Part shown: piece after piece, positions 17,173 to 25,138 of the stretch
Position numbering within the stretch: the first letter of the stretch is position 1
Layout: every line of letters starts with the position of its first letter
Translations under genes and position numbers: made by a program
Virus record (IMG/VR): IMGVR_UViG_3300032300_000385
Location: 1-27,578 of that record
Source: a virus
Taxonomy: Duplodnaviria > Caudoviricetes
Length of the DNA: 27,578 bases
Reading direction: 5' to 3' (one strand)
Notes under the pieces: generated by a model
Seen by the model: the letters and a program-made list of their open reading frames with translations, nothing else
What the model was told of the DNA's origin: nothing
The model's database searches: none

Positions 17173-17637
17173 ATGAAATATCCCTCTTTAGTAACAAAGA
17201 AAATCAGCGAACTTTCGCCCGCAAAATACAATCCCAGAAAAATTACTTCCGAGGCTTTGGGTAGGCTTACAAAATCTTTGAGCGAACTTGGGAATCTTCA
17301 GCCGATAACTTGGAACGCCAAAACTGGGAACATCGTTGGAGGCCATCAGCGGTTGAAATGCTACGAAGCACTCGGAAAAGATGAGGTCGATGTGTGGGCG
17401 GTGTGGTTGGATGAGACGCAAGAGAAGGCGGCCAACCTTGCGTTGAACAAGTTGAGTGGTGAATTTGATATGCCCCAACTCAAAGACATCCTAGAGGAAC
17501 TAGACGCAGGGGAGATCGACATCGACATAACCGGGTTCAGCTTGGATGAGATTGGAAAGATGATGGAAGCAACCAATCCAGAGGATGAAGAAGGTGGAGG
17601 GGGCGAGAAATGCTTGGCGTGTGGAAAGCCCTTGTGA
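17173..17637 (+). CDS. ParB/Srx-like N-terminal domain protein
   Basis: ISEL.PAKYNPRKI...L.KSL.ELG.LQPI.WN..TG.IVGGHQRLK...LALNKLSGEFD, C-terminal CxxC. ATG 17173 preferred. Confidence 0.85.
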   Translation: MKYPSLVTKKISELSPAKYNPRKITSEALGRLTKSLSELGNLQPITWNAKTGNIVGGHQRLKCYEALGKDEVDVWAVWLDETQEKAANLALNKLSGEFDMPQLKDILEELDAGEIDIDITGFSLDEIGKMMEATNPEDEEGGGGEKCLACGKPL

Positions 17638-17640
17638 GAA

Positions 17641-18240
17641 ATGCGACAATCAGAACTAGCGAAACTATGGGGAATATCTGGGGCGGCGATAAACAAGCTA
17701 GTAAAGGCGGGTATGCCCCTAACCAGCGAGGCAGAGGCTCAAAGCTGGAAGATCGCAAACCAAAAGAGAGTTGGAAGAAAGCAACTTCTAATCCAAGCAC
17801 CATCCCCGACCTCCTCCGAGCCATTGAGGGAATCGGATGCCGAGTCATACAAATCGACAAGCTCGCTTGGACGATTGAATCGAGCGAAGCAAGCCGAGGT
17901 AGTTGCTTACTCATTGGTAGCCACGGCGGCCACAAACAAAAACCCAGTCGCTATGCGGTCGGCAGTTCAAGGATGGGGCGAAGCAAAAAAGCGAGTCGCA
18001 GAAGCAGAAATGGAACACGCTCGGTTCGAGGAAGTAACCAGAGTATTGGTGAGAATGGACGAGGTGCGAGAAGTATTCGGCAAATGGTTGGGGGCAATTA
18101 GAAACCTAATGGACGCTATGCCTTCGAGCTTGGCCGCAAGAGCAAACCCTAGCGACCCAGAATGTGCCAAAAGGGCTATCCAAGAGGGCATCGATCAAAT
18201 CTTTGTGACGATTCAGAAAGCAGAAGGAGCTTTCAAATGA
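17641..18240 (+). CDS. terS: Terminase small subunit (Nu1-like)
   Basis: N-terminal wHTH QSELAKLWGISGAAINKLVKAGMP, coiled coil, LV..DEV...F......IRN....MP..LA. Upstream of TerL. Confidence 0.75.
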   Translation: MRQSELAKLWGISGAAINKLVKAGMPLTSEAEAQSWKIANQKRVGRKQLLIQAPSPTSSEPLRESDAESYKSTSSLGRLNRAKQAEVVAYSLVATAATNKNPVAMRSAVQGWGEAKKRVAEAEMEHARFEEVTRVLVRMDEVREVFGKWLGAIRNLMDAMPSSLAARANPSDPECAKRAIQEGIDQIFVTIQKAEGAFK

Positions 18241-18311
18241 ACGAGTGCTTCATTGTTTTGCTGGTAGCAATCGCAATCCTTGGCATAGTGCTTCCATTCT
18301 TTGACCGATGA
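18237..18311 (+). CDS. 24-aa TM micropeptide (not in ORF track)
   Basis: MNECFIVLLVAIAILGIVLPFFDR, ATGA-coupled at both ends. Confidence 0.5.
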   Translation: MNECFIVLLVAIAILGIVLPFFDR

Positions 18312-18616
18312 AAACCACCAAGCCTACAAGAATAGCATTGGCATACTGCCCTAGAACTAGCCACTCTACTCTTTATGTTCCGGGTCGTGGGCAACTCAAA
18401 AACTTTGAAGAAGAATATGGATTTGCTATGTGCGTGGGATGTTGCTCTAAAGAATACCCAAAGACAAGGCAGGGCGTTGGAAGATACTGGATGGTTCACT
18501 TTCATCACGCAGTTGTTAGGGACAAAGCAGACCCAATCGCACTTCACAAAACCCTTATGCAGATACCAGAGTTTAGGGATTTATGTGCCCACGATGTTCC
18601 ATTCTTTGATCAATGA
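18308..18616 (+). CDS. Hypothetical protein flanked by 22-bp direct repeats
   Basis: 102 aa, ATGA-coupled at both ends. Repeats at 18292-18313 and 18597-18618. Confidence 0.55.
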   Translation: MKTTKPTRIALAYCPRTSHSTLYVPGRGQLKNFEEEYGFAMCVGCCSKEYPKTRQGVGRYWMVHFHHAVVRDKADPIALHKTLMQIPEFRDLCAHDVPFFDQ

Positions 18617-18918
18617 AACGCTCTCCACTTAAACGCAAAACCCCACTCAAACGAGGGGGCAAACTTCGTCGAGTATCTGCAAAGAGAAAAGGCCAGAACG
18701 AAGTCTATAAAGATGTGCGAGAGAAGTTTCTAACCAACAATCCAGTATGCCAAGTGTGCCGTTGTAAGATGGCGAGCCAAGTTCACCATAGGCGAGGAAG
18801 GTTCGGGGATAGGCTCAACGAAGTGGAGTTCTTCTTGGCGGTGTGCTTCGAGTGCCATCATCAAATCCATATGAACCCAGCTTGGGCGTATGCAAAAGAT
18901 TATCTGGTTAAGAGATGA
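18613..18918 (+). CDS. Small Zn-binding HNH endonuclease (packaging-associated type)
   Basis: CQVC....SQVHH............LAVCFECHHQIH, within the terminase locus. Confidence 0.8.
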   Translation: MKRSPLKRKTPLKRGGKLRRVSAKRKGQNEVYKDVREKFLTNNPVCQVCRCKMASQVHHRRGRFGDRLNEVEFFLAVCFECHHQIHMNPAWAYAKDYLVKR

Positions 18919-19706
18919 GCTTGGCTTGGAGCAAGGAAATGGAGGACGCAGTTGTTTTTTATAGGAACAATGGGATGAAGTTTGACGATATAGCCGAGAA
19001 ATTAAAAATAACCACAAGTGCCATAAAACATAAATTTAGAAGAATATCGCAAAATAACAATATAGAAAAACATCACCACCCAAAAGAAAAATGGGAGCAA
19101 GTCGAGCGATATATTAAAAGAGATGAAAATTATATTTTAGAAACAAATTGCGGTTGGGGGAATCTTACAAAACTTTATCAGCAATACGGAGAGGTGCTAT
19201 GTTACGATATAGACAAGAAAAGAGTTGATTATATTAAAAATATGCAGATGGAGGATGTATATGCTGAACACGGAGACAGCATAATTGAGTCGCATAGGCT
19301 TGTAGGCAATAAATGCAAGTTTAATATAATAGACCTAGACCCATACGGTATGCCGAGCAGATATTTCCCACATATATTCCTTTTAATGAATAAGGGGCAT
19401 TTATTCGTGACGCTTCCAAAATTAGGAGTTCAAAAACTCAATAAAATTACCGCAAAACATTTAGACTGTTTTTGGGGAATAGGCGAAAGAAATAGAAAAG
19501 AATATGAAGATATTATTGTTAAAAAAATTTTAGATTTTGGTATGCAAAATTATAGAGATGTAGTGCTTGAGGAAATCATATCAGTTGGAAGTATATACAG
19601 AATGGCATTTAGAGTAGAAAAGAAATCATCTCTTGATCTTGTGGGTCTTGCTATAAATCGAAACCCAATTATAGCAAAAGAATCTTGCGAGAGGCTTTTG
19701 TTTTAA
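18915..19706 (+). CDS. HTH-fused SAM-dependent methyltransferase with Trm1-like DLDPYG motif
   Basis: N-terminal WSKE...GMKFDDIAEKL..T.SAIKHK HTH, motif I ILETNCGWG, CYDID, IIDLDPYGMP. AT-rich. Confidence 0.7.
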   Translation: MSLAWSKEMEDAVVFYRNNGMKFDDIAEKLKITTSAIKHKFRRISQNNNIEKHHHPKEKWEQVERYIKRDENYILETNCGWGNLTKLYQQYGEVLCYDIDKKRVDYIKNMQMEDVYAEHGDSIIESHRLVGNKCKFNIIDLDPYGMPSRYFPHIFLLMNKGHLFVTLPKLGVQKLNKITAKHLDCFWGIGERNRKEYEDIIVKKILDFGMQNYRDVVLEEIISVGSIYRMAFRVEKKSSLDLVGLAINRNPIIAKESCERLLF

Positions 19707-19710
19707 TTCA

Positions 19711-21501
19711 ATGAACCAGATCGATGAGGCCAAGAACTTCGCTCGCCTTTTGTTTGAGCCAAGGGAACAACTCTCAATCCCAGAATGGGCAGAGAAAAAC
19801 CTAACGCTCTCCGCAAGAGTAACGAACATACCCGGTGCGTATTCAACAACCCTCACGCCCTATGTCCGTGAACCCCTAGAGGCTTTTGGTGATGATTCGA
19901 TTCGTAGGGTGGTGTTGGTATGGGGGGCACAGACAAGTAAGACCACAACGATTCTAGCTGGCCTAGCGTACCGAGTAGCGGAGCGACCTTGTCCGGTCTT
20001 GTGGGTTATGCCATCGGAACATCTAGCCAGATCATTTACAGAAACTCGCTGGCTTCCAATGATTGACGATTGCCCAGCGTTAGCCAAGGAACGACCAGAC
20101 AATACAGACCGAATAAAAATCCTAGAGCAACATTTCAAACGATGCTCGGTCTGGTGGGCTGGCACAAGTCCCTCTGCTCTTTCTAGTCGCTCGATTGCTT
20201 TGCTTTGTATGGATGAGGTGGACAAGTTTCCAGAGCAAGCGGGGTCGGGGCGAGAGGCGAATCCAGTTCAACTTGCAGAGGCACGAGTCAGCACATACCC
20301 AAACCATCTCATCATAGCAACCAGCACACCGACAACTGCCGATTCAATCATTTGGAGCGAGTGGCAAAAGGGGGATATGCGTTTCTACTTCGTCCCTTGT
20401 CCTCATTGTGGGCATAAGCAGAAGCTAGTATGGGGACAAGTGAAGTGGGACGAGGCGGCAAAGATCGAGGATGGGGTCTATGATTTTAAGCTGGTTAAAT
20501 CCTCGACCTATTACGAGTGCGAGGGGTGCAAAGAAAAGATTACAGACGGACAGAAAACCAAGATGCTTCGAGAGGGCGAGTGGAGGGCAACCAACCTAAA
20601 AGGCGAACCAGCCAGACGCTCCTATCATCTCAACGGCCTATATGCCCCTTGGGTATCCTTCGGAAGTTTAGCGGTGAAATTTCTGCAAGATAAGCACAAT
20701 GGAATCATTGGCCTACAAGACTTCGTGAACCGAGTTCTAGCAGAGCCTTGGATGGAACACGAGTCGGAGAAGATGGAGATTGTGGCTGGCGATTACAAGA
20801 TGGGCGAAGTCAGAGTAAATGAGAAACTGATTATGGCTTGCGACATCCAAGAGGCGGGGGGCTTCCACGCTTGGTGCGTTGTTCGGGCTTGGGACATTGA
20901 GGGAAGATCGAGGCTTGTATGGGCTGGACGGCTAGAGACTTGGGGAGACATCCAAGCAAAGGCCGAGGAATTTGGGGTAGAATCGAAGTGCGTTTTCTGC
21001 GATTCGGGCGATCAAACCAGAGATGTTTATTATAACTGTTGTAAGAATGGCTGGATGGCTTTGGTAGGTTCAGACCGCACCAGCTTCTCTGAAATTGTGG
21101 GGGAGCAAAAGCTACAACGCCCTTACGCTCGAATTGCCAATGGCGACCCATTCAGCGGTAAGGCAGTTCAATCGAGGGCAGGGTGGAAGTGGAAGTTCTG
21201 TCCAGTTTGGCGGTGGTCGAATCCATCCATCAAAGACATCCTCTCCAACCTAATCAAAGAACCCGGCTACATAGCCTTGGATACCCCCGATGTTTGGCGA
21301 GTGCATATCGAGGCAGAGGTGAAGGTGCGGGTTAAAAATCCTATGACTGGCAGGGAAAGGCTTGTATGGAAGCAAGTCGGGAAGCATAATCACTTAATGG
21401 ATTGCGAATGTATGAACATCGTGGGTGCGGCCTTATATGGGAGATTGAAAGTCTCGCCCGCAAGTTTGACAGAAAGTGAGTTTGATAATGGCGAAGGGTG
21501 A
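19711..21501 (+). CDS. terL: Terminase large subunit (lambda GpA family)
   Basis: TPYVREP, Walker A variant GAQTSKTT, Walker B LCMDEVD, STPT, PCPHCG, ACDIQ, CDSG, NHLMDC. Confidence 0.95.
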   Translation: MNQIDEAKNFARLLFEPREQLSIPEWAEKNLTLSARVTNIPGAYSTTLTPYVREPLEAFGDDSIRRVVLVWGAQTSKTTTILAGLAYRVAERPCPVLWVMPSEHLARSFTETRWLPMIDDCPALAKERPDNTDRIKILEQHFKRCSVWWAGTSPSALSSRSIALLCMDEVDKFPEQAGSGREANPVQLAEARVSTYPNHLIIATSTPTTADSIIWSEWQKGDMRFYFVPCPHCGHKQKLVWGQVKWDEAAKIEDGVYDFKLVKSSTYYECEGCKEKITDGQKTKMLREGEWRATNLKGEPARRSYHLNGLYAPWVSFGSLAVKFLQDKHNGIIGLQDFVNRVLAEPWMEHESEKMEIVAGDYKMGEVRVNEKLIMACDIQEAGGFHAWCVVRAWDIEGRSRLVWAGRLETWGDIQAKAEEFGVESKCVFCDSGDQTRDVYYNCCKNGWMALVGSDRTSFSEIVGEQKLQRPYARIANGDPFSGKAVQSRAGWKWKFCPVWRWSNPSIKDILSNLIKEPGYIALDTPDVWRVHIEAEVKVRVKNPMTGRERLVWKQVGKHNHLMDCECMNIVGAALYGRLKVSPASLTESEFDNGEG

Positions 21502-21724
21502 TTTCATTGGGCTACCCCTTGCTACCCTAACTTCTCTTCGTGATAAGTATGTTACTTGTTTGGAGGCGATAGCGGTGGCGGGTTCAAGCTATTCGATAGC
21601 TGGTCGTTCGTTCTCAAGGGCGAATCTCGGTGAGGTGAGAGATACGATTGCGGAGCTAACTCTAGCCATCCAGCAAGCGACTGGTACTAGGGTTCGCACA
21701 ACCTACGCAAACTTCGGCTCGTGA
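21488..21724 (+). CDS. Head-tail joining protein (gpW-like)
   Basis: 78 aa between TerL and portal, G.SYSIAGRSFSRANL. Confidence 0.75.
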   Translation: MAKGDFIGLPLATLTSLRDKYVTCLEAIAVAGSSYSIAGRSFSRANLGEVRDTIAELTLAIQQATGTRVRTTYANFGS

Positions 21725-24700
21725 AAAAAGCCTCTCTCAATCTGATCGACAAGGCGATTGCCTTTGTAAATCCTCAAGGGGCAGTTGATAGGCTTGTTGC
21801 TCGTCAAAGGATTAAGAACTTCGAGTATGACGCAGTTAAGTATTCAAGGCAACGCAAAGGGCCGAGCCAGTTGTCGGGTGCGGAAGATTATCGCTCCAAC
21901 TATGACCGAGTGGAGTTGATGAAAAGGGCAAGGGATTTGGCAGAGAATGTTGGCCTTGTTCGCTCCATCCTAATGAAGTTCGCCAGCCATACCGCCGCAA
22001 ACATTTCCTACCAAGCCCGAACCGAGAACCCAGAAGTCAATACAGATGTCGAGATGTATTGGGCAGAGTGGTTCGATAAATGCGACATCTCTACAAGGCA
22101 TACTGGTTCAACACTTATGCAAGTGGCGATGATGTCGATGTTGCGGGATGGAGATTTTCTTTTCGTGCTTGTCCGAGATTCAGATGGCAACTTAAAAATA
22201 CAAGGCATTGAGGGAGATAGACTTGGAGACCCATTCAAAGTCTATACAAGCTCGGAGTTAATTGGTGGAATCCATATTGATCAAAAGACTGGTTCGCCCA
22301 CGGCTTACGACATTTACAGCCGAAGCATTGGCGATATGTACACCTATCAAGTAACGATTCCCGCAAGCCAAGCCTTCCATTTATTCGACCCACTCCGCAT
22401 AGATCAATACCGAGGAATCTCCGCTTTCCATACCGCAATCAATGACGCAACGGATATTCACGAAATCGTAGGTTTCGAGAAGATGTCGGCCAAGGTTGCT
22501 TCTAGTCAAAGTGCAATCATAAAGCGAAACAACAATAATGCTTCCGATCTTTCCTCGCTCACAAACGACCAAGACATTAACGGAAGCGTAATCAAGCTAG
22601 AGGCGATTGAGTCTGGTAAAATCTCATACCTAGAACCGGGTGAGGACATTGTGTTCCCCGATGGGCCGAGCCGTCCCTCTGGTGCGTTTGCCGAGTTCCA
22701 CAAGATTCTATTGAGGAACATTTGCTTGGGCGTTGGCATCCCTTACAGCTTCGCCGTAGACCCTTCCGCTATGAGTGGCCCGACAGCAAGACTAGAGATG
22801 CAACAAGCTGGACGCACCTTCCGCAGATATCAGAAGCTCCTAGATGATAAAGTTCTGCGACCAATTAAGAACATCGTTATTGCTGATGGAGTTGCAAGGG
22901 GATTGATCGAGAAGAATGTTGGGAGCAGAACAACTAGGGGCATTTTCAACTTCGGAGCTAATGTCTCGATTGATTTGGGCAGAGAATCCGCTTCCGCAAT
23001 CTCCGAGTTCAAGACTGGCCTTCGCACCGCCGCCGACATCTACGCAGAGCGAGGACAAGACTTTGAAAGCTCTATGAGGCAGAGGGCGATTGAGGCCAAA
23101 CTAATTAAGGATTTGTCCGAGAAATACGGCGTAGACCCAGAGACGATTTCAGATATTGTCCCACCAAAACCTACCCAGACCAAACCCGAAGCACCCTCGG
23201 TTAATCCAGTTATCCCCGCAAAGGATAGCCCAGAAAGTGATGAGGACATAGGGGGAGATCAAAAACCCATTCCAGAAGACCCGGTTGATGGCGATGGTCA
23301 AGAGGTAGGACTGGATTGCGGAACTGGTGCGGGCGGATTCAAGGAAGGCAATACTTGTTCGAGCGGAGGAGGTGCGGGCGGTCAAGACTCCGAACCAAAG
23401 GAAAGATATAGGGATAGGATTGAGGGAACAGATGAAGAGGTTAGGAATGAGGAACGAAAGAGGGAGAGAAAATTAAAAAATCTTAAACAAAAAGTAGTCG
23501 AGTCCAAACAGAGAGAGGATGATATTCGGAAGCAAATAGCAGACCTAAATCAAAGAATAGCATCCAAAACAACGGATTATGACGCTAAAATAGCGGCGAT
23601 TGATAAGGTTGCAGAAGAAATGATACAAGAGAGCAAGCAAAGACAAGTAAAAATTCAGGAAGACCTAGACAAAAAACTTGCGGCCATTGCAGAGAAATCT
23701 AAAAAACGACAAGAGGCTATCGTAGAGAAATACAAGAAGCGAAGAGAGGAAAGAGAGGCAAGAAGATCGGTTGTATCGACAAAGAGGAGCAGTTCTCTAG
23801 AAAAGAATTTAGAAGAAGGCAATGAGATTGAGTCAGACGAGAAAATTGAATCCGAAATCTCAAATGCAGAAAAAAACAACGATAAACTTAACTCTTTGGT
23901 TTCCGAGCTAAAAGCAATCCTAGAAGAAATAGGCAACGAAGAAGCTAAAAAAAAAGTTCTTGAAAGCCTAGACCCCGCATCTATTAAGATGCTGATTCAA
24001 GGGATGATGGGCGGCATTGAGTTGGGCAAGTACGATGAGATTGATTTTACCCCACCACAAGGAGCTAGGGATGCCGCTAAAAGAGCCTTGGATGTTAGGG
24101 AGACGAAACCATCTAGCCAACGAGGAATGACCCCGGTGGGCATCGCTAGGGCGAGGGATTTGCAAAATGGGGTGAAGATGTCACCCGACACAGTTCGCAG
24201 AATGAAAGCCTTTTTCGATAGGCACGAAGTCGATAAGAAGGGCGCAACTTGGGACGAGCAGGGTAAGGGCTGGCAAGCGTGGCACGGATGGGGTGGCGAT
24301 GCTGGCTACGCTTGGGCAAGAAAAGTGGTTGGGCAGATGGAGGCTAGGGACAAGAAAGAATTGGCAGAACCATCCGCTTGCCCAGTAGCAACCCAAGACA
24401 TCAAAACAAACCTAGCCAATAGGCAGACAGCGGTTGATGATGCAAACTACGGGCCAGCCAATCCTAACGAGCCAAACGATGCTTACTGGAAAGCCAAGGC
24501 AGACGAGTTCCAAGGCGATGTAGCAACGGCCAAGAAAATGCTTTGTGGTAATTGTGCGGCCTTCGATCAGAGGAGCAAAGTTCTGGGGTGTATTAAGAAG
24601 GGGATTGGAGAGGACGCAAACGAGGTAGCTGTTGGTGGCGATCTTGGCTACTGCGAGATATTTGACTTTAAGTGTGCGGCCAAAAGGACTTGCGACGCTT

Positions 24701-25122
24701 GGATTGTTGGTGGGCCGATTACAGACAAGAAGGAAGAACTAGCCCGACCAGTAAGCCAAACCCCTGCCCCTCCCAAGGAGCGAATCAAAGGCTCAAAGGA
24801 GAACCCCAAAGGCACGGCATCCACAAGGAGCAAGGCTGGTGACATAGAGATTTCAGCCGAGAACGAGGAGGCTTTGAAGAACAAGATTGCCGAGTTCAAA
24901 GACAAGCACCCATCAAGGAAAGCCCCTACCCTTGGAGCGTTGAAGAAAGTGTTTCGCCGGGGGGCGGGTGCGTTCTCGACTAGCTTTAGGCCAACTATTA
25001 CCGGGGGAAAGCCCAACTCACGCAACGCTTGGGCGATGGCTAGGGTGAACAAGTTTCTCAAGATGGCTGGTGGGGGTGAGGTTAAGGACTCCTACCGCAA
25101 GGCAGACGGCGATCTCCTTTGA
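21721..25122 (+). CDS. Portal protein (lambda family) with a ~650-aa multidomain C-terminal extension
   Basis: RARDL.EN, LRDGD, H.FDP.R.DQYRGIS, YLEPGEDI, ARLE portal motifs in the first ~480 aa. Frame stays open to 1133 aa. Confidence 0.9.
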   Translation: MKKASLNLIDKAIAFVNPQGAVDRLVARQRIKNFEYDAVKYSRQRKGPSQLSGAEDYRSNYDRVELMKRARDLAENVGLVRSILMKFASHTAANISYQARTENPEVNTDVEMYWAEWFDKCDISTRHTGSTLMQVAMMSMLRDGDFLFVLVRDSDGNLKIQGIEGDRLGDPFKVYTSSELIGGIHIDQKTGSPTAYDIYSRSIGDMYTYQVTIPASQAFHLFDPLRIDQYRGISAFHTAINDATDIHEIVGFEKMSAKVASSQSAIIKRNNNNASDLSSLTNDQDINGSVIKLEAIESGKISYLEPGEDIVFPDGPSRPSGAFAEFHKILLRNICLGVGIPYSFAVDPSAMSGPTARLEMQQAGRTFRRYQKLLDDKVLRPIKNIVIADGVARGLIEKNVGSRTTRGIFNFGANVSIDLGRESASAISEFKTGLRTAADIYAERGQDFESSMRQRAIEAKLIKDLSEKYGVDPETISDIVPPKPTQTKPEAPSVNPVIPAKDSPESDEDIGGDQKPIPEDPVDGDGQEVGLDCGTGAGGFKEGNTCSSGGGAGGQDSEPKERYRDRIEGTDEEVRNEERKRERKLKNLKQKVVESKQREDDIRKQIADLNQRIASKTTDYDAKIAAIDKVAEEMIQESKQRQVKIQEDLDKKLAAIAEKSKKRQEAIVEKYKKRREEREARRSVVSTKRSSSLEKNLEEGNEIESDEKIESEISNAEKNNDKLNSLVSELKAILEEIGNEEAKKKVLESLDPASIKMLIQGMMGGIELGKYDEIDFTPPQGARDAAKRALDVRETKPSSQRGMTPVGIARARDLQNGVKMSPDTVRRMKAFFDRHEVDKKGATWDEQGKGWQAWHGWGGDAGYAWARKVVGQMEARDKKELAEPSACPVATQDIKTNLANRQTAVDDANYGPANPNEPNDAYWKAKADEFQGDVATAKKMLCGNCAAFDQRSKVLGCIKKGIGEDANEVAVGGDLGYCEIFDFKCAAKRTCDAWIVGGPITDKKEELARPVSQTPAPPKERIKGSKENPKGTASTRSKAGDIEISAENEEALKNKIAEFKDKHPSRKAPTLGALKKVFRRGAGAFSTSFRPTITGGKPNSRNAWAMARVNKFLKMAGGGEVKDSYRKADGDLL

Positions 25123-25138
25123 CATAATCTAGGCATTT

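Noticed and set aside
17173-17637. ParB as evidence of a plasmid prophage
   Set aside because: Only the N-terminal ParB/Srx domain, with no ParA or parS-binding HTH. Its position by the terminase is typical of packaging or modification-associated ParB-N.
17610-18101. 163-aa + strand ORF overlapping terS
   Set aside because: Out-of-frame shadow with Arg/Ser/Gly-rich non-globular composition.
19673-19760. Similarity between the MTase end (AKESCERLLF) and the TerL start (AKNFARLLF) as an insertion duplication
   Set aside because: Nucleotide identity is limited to about 9 bp, which is not distinguishable from chance.
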